Positions 55,701-64,000 of a stretch of 64,000 nucleotides of DNA are shown piece after piece (position 1 is the first letter of the stretch; the number at the start of each line of letters is the position of its first letter). A program made the position numbers and the translations under genes. Source of the DNA: Monocercomonoides exilis PA203 (taxonomy: Eukaryota; Protista; Preaxostyla); the NCBI GenBank assembly GCA_001643675.2, contig LSRY02000013.1:1302001-1366000 (forward strand), given 5' to 3'. The notes beneath the pieces were generated by a model. The model had not been told where the DNA came from. It made no database searches and saw only the letters and a list, made by a program, of their open reading frames with translations.

Positions 55701-58143
55701 TGGCAGCGCAAAATGCACTTCTGTGAAGATCCTAAGTTGCTGCTCAAGTCCCACATTGAGTTACAAATGAACCCATCTATCGATTCTGCGAAGTTTTGTT
55801 GCTTCCACGTGCATCATTTTGGAATCGTTGATTGCACACTATAGCTCTCAAGAGGGGGCACAGAGGGAGCACAGTCTGCATACACAAAAACTGATGTGCA
55901 AGCAGAATGAGAAAGGACAGAAAGCTCCTTCTCCTTTTGGAATAGACGGGATGCAGTTGGTTATACACAGTCAATTCATCCTTTTTCTTCTTCTGCCCCA
56001 ACCCTCTCGCTTGCAGTTGGATGTTTATTCGTTCAACCTGAGCTGCAAAGCGCATATTCTCTTCATCATCTCACATCGCAGGCACAAGGGACATAAAAAC
56101 TGATATATAATTCAAAACTTAATAAAAACCAACAATTCCATCGACAAACTGAGTGATTGTTATGTGGAACATAAACGGCGGTTGGAAAATAAATGTTTAA
56201 TCACATGATGAAAGCATCTTGAGAAGAAAGAAGATGTGAAGAAAGAAAATAAAAAATAGACAGAACAAAAGAAAATAAAGATTCATGAGTTTCCATGGGA
56301 AACCGAACAAAAGCAAAGGAGCGGAAGCAGATGAAGCAAATGAAGAGAGAAAGGGAACTAAGAAAACAAATGCGATCCATTGCTCAGCGGGAAAGGCCAA
56401 GAACATTCTTCAGTTTGAAGAAAACGAATACTGCAGAAAGAGGAGCCTTTCCAACTTGACGAACTCAATTCTTTGTTTTTGATGAAGTGCATCTCCTCTA
56501 TTTTTTTTACATTCCAGACAGCTGCTCGTTTGCAACATCAGACGGAAGGAAAAGTTCTTTTGAACACATTTCGAATTATATATGCTTCATCTGCATCATT
56601 TTCTGCGCTTTCATCCACAATGTTGCAATATGACTCGCTTCCTTTATCTTTTTCATCTTCTCTGACTTCAAAACAAATATTGATTCCACTGAACACAGGC
56701 ACATCCAAATTTCCATGCAAAAAAGGAACAAGATGCTTAACGACCTGCCTTTTTCTGCCTTCATTTTTTCTCTCGAAACGCCATCTTCACACGCTTTATG
56801 AATGGCCACCTCCCGCTTTTGTTATTCTCTCAATCACTGATGTTAACAGGCCTCGGAATTCGACTGAAAGGAAAAGGAGAATTAATTGTTCTGTTCGGAT
56901 TTCCCTTTTCTGCATGCATCAGAGAAAACGACCTAGCTGAAGAAGGTTCTCTATAGGAAGCACAGACCAGAGGTGCGAAAAAAACATCTGCATCACGAAA
57001 AAGTCCTCTCATCACCAATATGCTAAATCTTCTTTGTATTGTCATGCCACGCAGAATTCTCCTCGTTCCTGTGCGCACTCGCTGCCCCCTTCAACTGCTG
57101 TCTCTTCATATCGAATTTCACTTCCTGTGCCCTATCTTCACAAGAAATCTTTGCTTTTGCTGACTCTCCGCACTTCAAAGTGCAATCTGATGCTGTTTGA
57201 AGCAGTTGAGCTGCTGAACTGCTGAACTTGAACGCTTCTTCGCGTCAGGCAATACAACAGTCCTGCTCTTTTCTCACCTTGTGACTCGATCCCCTATCTG
57301 CTCACCTCTTTTGTTGCTTCGTTTGCTTTCATCTTGAATTAATCGTTGAGGTGATAACATCCGTTTGTCGCTCCAACATCTTTTCCTGCAACAAATGCAA
57401 TCCAGCTATGTAATTCTGTCTTCTTTATTAAAAAAAAGCCGAACCTTTTTCATCAATCCAGCAATTTCCTATCAACTTCCAATTGCCTTTGCCACGAACA
57501 AATACAGTTTCATTGTCAAAAGCAAAATTCCTTCAATTTGTTGGTCCCCATATAGGTCATTTAATGCATCGGAAGTTCAGGAACAGATTTCACTAAACGC
57601 GTTAACACAGCACTGCTGTATAATCCTTCGTTTTTTTTCCAAATAAACTGAGCTGAATCCGAATTCACTCAAAGATATAATTATTGTTTTTGAATTTGAA
57701 TTTGAATTTTGTTTTGTAAAAAGTGATTTTTGTGAATTATTGTTTCATTTTCCAAAGTTGACGTCAGAATTGCTTTCCAAATTTTGTAACGATATGAAAA
57801 TAGTTTGATGACGTTTCAGAGAAAAGACGTTCTTGAAAAAGATAAACTTTATTTCTCGTTCAAGAAAAATGAATATTAAATGATGATTCCATTCAAAATA
57901 AGGCAAAGCGATTCGTCTAAAATGCAAGTTTGTTAATATTCATTGATATTCACAAACAATAACTTATTAAGAAAAAATGCAAGAGAAATTAAAATGAATA
58001 TTTAAAAAAATATTTGCAATTTAACAAATAAAATAAATAAATAATCATTTAAAAAAAAAAAAAAAAAAAAAAAAAACATTCGACACAGGCTGAGTTTTTC
58101 GACCGACACAATTTGCAAAAACTTTCATTGTCGCAAAGGCCTA
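52726..58143. mobile_element. 5.4-kb TIR DNA transposon, probably hAT-like, with a heavily decayed transposase on the minus strand (about 57450-55600)
   Basis: Perfect 15-bp TIR TAGGCCTTTGCGACA / TGTCGCAAAGGCCTA. Subterminal GACCGACA motifs at both ends and GATCAGTCGGTCGAAA repeats at about 52965-53035. Broken frames (CICC, GNPNRTINSPF, IVDESA, SV*CC, ERCIFS) occur in hAT-like order. No 8-bp TSD. Confidence 0.65.
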
Positions 58144-58479
58144 ATAAAAAGTTTTAGAATTTATTGACAATAATGAAATATATTGAAAACAATCAAAACA
58201 TGGATGATAATAGAAAATTCATGGCATAAGCATATAATAAGCATACCAAATATTTTTGAATCTTTCAATCATTTTCGCAATCCATTGCCTATTAGGTTTA
58301 AGAATATTATGTTCTATGTCTGCGCTTCACATCCTCTGGACAAAATTTAAAATATAATTATTTCTTATAATCACATTAAAAATGGGTTAGATCACAAAAT
58401 TTTTGTCGATCAAAAATTTTTTGTCTTGGAAAAAACCATTCAAAAAGGAACGCCATGCGATGTATGAAACATTTTCATC

Positions 58480-59367
58480 TGAAGAATCATCTTAGAAATG
58501 GATACAACAATTTTTACCGAAGGTGTTTTCAGTTTGCCAACACTGCAAAAAAGTCAAATATATCTGTAAAGGAAGGGGACATTCTAGATTCTTGAAGTGT
58601 CCAAAGTGCAAGAATAGTGTTTCCTGTTTCAAAAATTCGATTTTGGAATCTTCAAAATTACCTATTTCCACTGTGATGATGATTCTTTTGATTTTTTGGC
58701 TGGAAATTAAAGATTGGCAAATTGGCATGATGCTTAACATATCTCAAATGACGATTGGATACTGGACAAGAGTTGCAAGGTCGACTGCGTTAAATTACTT
58801 AAATTACAGAAATGAAAAAATTGGAGGGGCTGGAAAAACTGTGGAAATTGATCAAGCCGCATGGAGGAGACGGAACTACAAAAAAAGTTTTAACATCGAA
58901 TATTTATTTTGTAAACATTTATATTAATTTATTTGCCTTGAATTAAACTATTTTTTGAATTAGGAAAGCAGAAAAAATTGATGTGGATATTTGGAGCTGT
59001 CAAACAAAAAGGTGAAGAAGAATTAGGAAAAAAATTTGTGGTCATTGTGCTTAATCGGAAAAAAGAGACATTAATCCCAGTAATTATAAACTGAATCACA
59101 GAAGGATCAACAATAATCAGGGACGAGTGGAAAGCTTACACTTGCTTTGGAGAAATTGGTCACACCCACCAAACCGTCTGTCACAAATGTCACTACGTCG
59201 ATCCTATTTCGAAAGCCAATACGAACACTATCGAAGGAATGTGGGTGCTTTGCGATCTATTTTTTCTAGATATGGAGCGAGAGAGCGATTTATTCCTGGA
59301 GTGCTTGCGACATTCATTGTAAAAAGATCAGGTTTTCTTTCCTACGGAGAATTCATAGAAAAAGTTA
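58480..59367 (+). mobile_element. Merlin (IS1595/IS1016-like) DDE transposase pseudogene; proposed intron 58887-58963
   Basis: CQHC...CPKC...SILESSKLP, IGGAGKTVEIDQ, WIFGAV, NRKKETL, GSTIIRDEWKAY, TVCH..HYVDP and NTNTIEGMW. Contains stops and a frameshift. Confidence 0.9.
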
Positions 59368-61077
59368 GTCGGGGAGGAAACCTGGGCCGGGGAGGAAATC
59401 CGGGCCGGGGAGGAAATCCGTGCCATTTTTGATCAAAAAATATAAAAAAAGTTTCGGATCAAAATGTTAAAAACAAAACCCTCCTTGACGCACGTCAACG
59501 CAACGAGTGATATTAGATCACTGGGAGATCCACACATTAAAGCCTTGTACGTTCACGATATTTTTGAGTATTCTGAAAGACAAATTGATGAAAGCGGCTT
59601 GTTTAAAAGATCTTCACTACAGCGAGCTATCAAAGCAAGGGGCATTGGCAGTAGCATTGTGAAATGTGGTAGGCCCACATTATTTAACGAAGCTGAGGAG
59701 TTGGAAATGAAACAGTTATTTCTTGATGGAAAAAAATTGGAAAATGTCCAACTAAAAAATACATAACTCAAACGGTTTGTTATGGATATGTTTATATGTT
59801 TATTTAATTTTTTTTTATTTACTGAAAAATGAAATGTTGCAAAAGAAAATGAATGAAGGAGAAGAATGCAAATCAGTGGACAAGCAATGGACGGAACGGT
59901 TTTCAGAAAGACATCCAGAAATAGTGTTTGCAAAGCCAAAAGCTCTTCCAATCGGAAGGGTTGCTCATTCTCGCCGAAAAGTTTTTATACCTTTTTTCGA
60001 TTTATACGAATCGTGTCTTAACGAGGAAAAACCGATTCCTCAATTGTTATTCAATATCGATGAAACCTCAACCTTTTTTCATAAAAGAAAAAATGATCTA
60101 GTCGCTTCATCTTCATCCTCGCCTTCAGTGATAACACCAGAAACATCTCTTCCAACTGCAACTTCAATCGTCTTCATGTGCAGCTCAGATGGCTGCAGAT
60201 AGTTAACTCCCATTATCATTCCTAATAAAACTTTGCCGGATGAGTGCAAGATGGATACAACTTCACTAGAAGTTTTTAACACCTCTTGAAAACTGGACAT
60301 ATCACATCACAGTTGTTCTTTGAATTATTCGGACTCTGTTTTCTACCAGAAATTATCAAAAAAAGGATAGCCATTGGCGAGAAATACAGGCATGCAGCAT
60401 TGGTTATGGACGGCGGTGTTGGACATTTCACGGAAGAAATGAAAAGACTCTGCAAATATTATCTTGTGGATTTAATTAAACTGCCATCTTACTTGTCGCA
60501 TATCATTCAACAGAATAATCAGTTCATTTTTATCAATATGAAAAGAGTGTTTTCCAGAGCAACAGAAAGTGGACCGACAAAGACAGGCTCACAGAAAAGA
60601 GACGTTTTTGCAACAATACTTCGAGATGGGTTGGCAGCTGCTAGCTATCCCAGCACAATAATCTCATCGTGGAAAGTTACTGGGCTCTGGCCTTTAGATA
60701 AATCTGTTGTTCTCAAGCATTTACCGGAAAATCCACCATCTTGGGCCGAGAATTCTGTGGAACCAACAAAAGCACCTGAAGGAAGTAATTTCGGAGCGAT
60801 TATAAGGCTGCTGATTCTGATTCTTCTCTTTTAACTTAATGTTTCTTTTTTTTATTTTGCAATTGACTTTTTAATTATTTTTTTTTTATTTTCTGTCGAT
60901 AATTATTCAAAATTTACGAAATTAATTATAAAAAATAATTTTCGGAATGTTTAATCCATTTTTTTATTTTGAATAAACAAGGAATTCTTGTTTTTGATTA
61001 ATCATTAATTAATATTCTAAATTTTTATTCTGATCACTGGCCCGGATTTCCTCCCCGGACCGGGTTTCCTCCCTTAC
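59368..61077 (+). mobile_element. pogo/Tigger-type (Tc1/mariner, DDE_1) transposon, defective
   Basis: TIRs built from 18-bp GGGGAGGAAA(C/T)C(C/T)GGGCC units (59371-59424; inverted at 61039-61074). ORF pieces GRPTLF, WTERFSERHP, FNIDETS, LVMDGGVGH, LPSYLSHIIQQNN and SWKVTGLWP. Stops at about 60200 and 60288. Confidence 0.88.
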
Positions 61078-61082
61078 AAAAT

Positions 61083-62051
61083 AGAACTGAATTCATTTGA
61101 CTGCGTCAAGTGGCATTAGATCGGTCAACATCCACTAAGATCGATCTAATGCCATTGAGACGCAGTCTAATTAGATGTGACTCAGTCACATCCGATGCTT
61201 TCAATTCTGGGTGTCCTGATCAGAAAATTATAATAAAAAAAATTAAAAAAATATTAATAATTTTCTTTTTATTTTTTATCATTTTGATCGAATTTAAAGA
61301 TTTTTCCTTCTTAAAAATTTTTTATTTAGTAAGTTTATTAAAATTATTGATATTTTTCGGAAAACATTGGTAATTCTAATTGTTTTTGTTTGATAATAAT
61401 TATTGGTGATTTATTATAATGATACGAGTAAATTTCATTTCATTTTTCAATATTTAGAACAAGTTTCATTTGTTTTTAACATTTCTCAATAATTTTCAGA
61501 AAAAAGAAAAAATACAAAAAAAGAAGCTTTTGAATCATATTTTTTTTTCATTTTTTATTCGAAATGAAAAAACATCAAACGATGATTGATTAATAAACAC
61601 ACTACAGTTAAGAAAACACAAAAAAGTTTAATTTTTCATAAATATTAAAAATTAACAAAAAAAAAGATTTAAAAATGTTTGTTGTATAAAATATAAACAA
61701 ATTTGGTTCAATTTCAACAATAAAAGTTAACAACTGAGCCACAATTGCGAAATTTTGAAGTTTTAAAAAACCAGAATCAAACAAAGTGAACGACAAAAAA
61801 ATAGTTAAATACAAAAAATACATAATTTGATAAACAACATATCAATAAATAAAAATCAACATGATTTTACAGGTCAAAATATAAACAAAACAATAAAATG
61901 TTCGATTAAAATTTGTGATCATAAAAATTGCAATTTCGCCCTTATTGAGATTGAGGGAAATTCGATTAAAAATAGAGAAATTCGATAAACAAGACAAAAA
62001 TCGATTTGACTGAGTCACATTTTCGCGACTCAGTCAAATCAATCAAGTTCT
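61083..62051. mobile_element. Non-autonomous PHIS-like element A (~970 bp)
   Basis: Imperfect TIR AGAACTGAATTCATTTGACTGCGTC / GACTCAGTCAAATCAATCAAGTTCT, flanked by AAT and ACT. AT-rich non-coding interior. Confidence 0.75.
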
Positions 62052-62054
62052 ACT

Positions 62055-63045
62055 AGAACTAAAACGAAATTATTAAGTAATGCGGTATTAGCTTCGACTA
62101 AGACCAAAAAGTGGTTTATAAAACCAAAAAGTGAGACTCAAAACCGTTTTGATTGAGTCAAGACCAATTGATTCATTTCTGGGTGCATGATCAATAGAAA
62201 GTTACAAAAAATAAGTTGTTCATATCTTTCATTATTTAAAGAATAAATAATTAATTTTTCAGATAAATTATTATGTGAATGTTTTTTATAGAAAAAATTG
62301 AAGTTTTTATGTTTTAACTATTTCAAAATTCGATATTCAACTTTATTTTTGAAAGAACAGAATGAACTTAAATAATAACCAGCACGTTTCATTCCTTTGA
62401 CAATTTTTTTTTAATTCGATGTGTTCAAAATCAATGAACATGGAAATAAAAGAAATCCTAAACAGCTATTAAAAAATTCGAAAACAATAAATTCAAATAA
62501 AGAATATAGCATTAAGTTCAAAGTTATCACAATTAATAAATATCAAAATCGTGACAGTCCTTTTTTAATGTAAAAATTCGCTTAAGTTTTAAAAAAAGCC
62601 AAATAAAAATAAACAAACAACAAAAAAATTCATAAAAACAAAAATTAATTGCCAATCAAAGCATTGTAGAATTAATATTATAAAAATAACTATAAGAATG
62701 ATTGTTTGCATGCATTATATGTTGCATTGAGTGTGTAACAACAGAAAAAACCAAAAGCTAAATATTCAACACATTGCACGTGAACATAAAAAAACTCATT
62801 GTAAACATATTTAAAATATCATTATTATAAACACATCAAAAAGTTGCAAAAAACAAACTGCTCCGTTACGGAAAACACTAAAAACTTCAAAAAATTATGA
62901 TCAAAATTGATATATAATTTTTGAATTTTTGATCACAAAAAAGATTGAGGGAAAACCGAATTGATTGAGTCAAAACCAATAAAACAAACAAATAACGTTT
63001 TAACTTTGTCAATTCAAATTGAGCCGCTCAATTCGTTTAAGGTCT
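62055..63045. mobile_element. Non-autonomous PHIS-like element B (~990 bp)
   Basis: Imperfect TIR AGAACTAAAACGAAAT / ATTCGTTTAAGGTCT, flanked by ACT on both sides. Shares TTGA(C/T)TGAGTCA and TTCTGGGTG..TGATCA motifs with element A. Confidence 0.72.
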
Positions 63046-63248
63046 ACTAGAACTTATGCGATTTGAACTGGTCATATATTATTTGCCTTTGCTAAAGCAG
63101 ATAAGTTAAATATAATGCAAATTAGATCGAGACAAATCGATTTGATTGAGTCAATGCAAATTACTATAATTGTGGGTGGGAATATGATCGATAATAATTG
63201 TTATTAATGGGTGTTTTTGTATTTAACTTTTTTGAAACTTCATCATTC

Positions 63249-64000
63249 ATGTCTCAATCTCCATTTTTCGATATTTTGAAGAGCGTGGAGAAAAGAAATG
63301 TGATGCCATCTCATGTGGAGATTAAATCTGATGATGATCAGCAATCAATCATCGATAAATTTTGTAAAAAATTTTCTGACCCATCTTTCGGTTTTCACCG
63401 ACTGACTGGGTTTGTTCGTTATGAATTCGACTTGCTTCTTCGTCTTCTCTCATCATCAGCCCAACCTCATCGTGGAAGGGCAAAATCAATCGAATCTTTG
63501 GATGAACAACTTTTTCTTTTGTTAGTTTTTCTTCACCACGGCTCCATTTCTTTAACTCACGTCATATCTCAATCAAAACACGAATCTCAAACATCAACTG
63601 TTCGACTTCTTCATTCAACAGCATCAAATTTAAAACCTCAACTTGCAAATCTTTTTCTTTCATTTCGTCCAGATCGATTAGAACAAATGAAGGAGGTGGG
63701 AATTGTGCTTGACTGCACAGTAATACCTACAAACAGGCCTGGAGGGAGGTTGGAGTTTGGAAAAAAATACTACTCAGGGAAGCATCACATCTATTGTGTC
63801 AAGGCGGAGGTGGGAGTGAACCCCAAGGTGGGGACAGCAAGTACAATCAGTTCTATCTACTCTGGGTCAACTCACGATTTCACTATTTTCAAAGAACATT
63901 ACCCCACATTTGTTCAAAAGCTTGGAGGAGCAAAGATTTTGGCCGATTCCGCTTTCATAGGAGCGAAACCAGAGCTTGGGGCGATTATTACAAAGCCCGT
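63249..64000 (+). CDS. PIF/Harbinger-ISL2EU group (DDE_Tnp_4-like) transposase, open to the window edge; element starts at about 63049
   Basis: Manual translation from ATG 63249 has no stops: FHRLTGF..EF..L, RGR, EQLFLLLVFL (HTH), VLDCT...RP, YYSGKHHIYCVK, GSTHD and ILADSAF.G. Confidence 0.9.
   Translation, partial: MSQSPFFDILKSVEKRNVMPSHVEIKSDDDQQSIIDKFCKKFSDPSFGFHRLTGFVRYEFDLLLRLLSSSAQPHRGRAKSIESLDEQLFLLLVFLHHGSISLTHVISQSKHESQTSTVRLLHSTASNLKPQLANLFLSFRPDRLEQMKEVGIVLDCTVIPTNRPGGRLEFGKKYYSGKHHIYCVKAEVGVNPKVGTASTISSIYSGSTHDFTIFKEHYPTFVQKLGGAKILADSAFIGAKPELGAIITKP

Noticed and set aside
1-64000. tRNA, rRNA or other structured RNA genes
   Set aside because: None recognised by eye. A tRNAscan-SE or Infernal run would be needed to exclude them.

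Overview
AT-rich eukaryotic DNA in the standard genetic code, with short GT-AG introns and extreme poly-Ser / Glu-Lys low-complexity coding sequence. The style resembles the oxymonad Monocercomonoides (inference from composition and gene families, not a database match). The left ~31 kb holds four genes: a GG-motif beta-helix-like surface-family gene running off the left edge, a cytosolic carboxypeptidase (CCP/AGBL tubulin deglutamylase), a DEAH-box helicase, and a giant (~4,900 aa) eIF4G-like MIF4G protein with PAM2-like and YxxxxL-phi motifs, split by one in-frame TAA. The right ~33 kb mixes decayed surface-family paralogs with a nested transposon cluster: two copies of a MITE, a probable MULE relic, a Sola-like DDD transposase carrying an intact USP (peptidase C19) deubiquitinase domain that ends in a ubiquitin-like RRGG|M junction, a DIRS retroelement with ITRs and ICR but its RT core deleted, an hAT-like TIR element, a Merlin element interrupted by a pogo element, and an end-to-end array of three PHIS (Harbinger-group) elements joined by single ACT trinucleotides. 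The most unusual item is the USP-transposase fusion.
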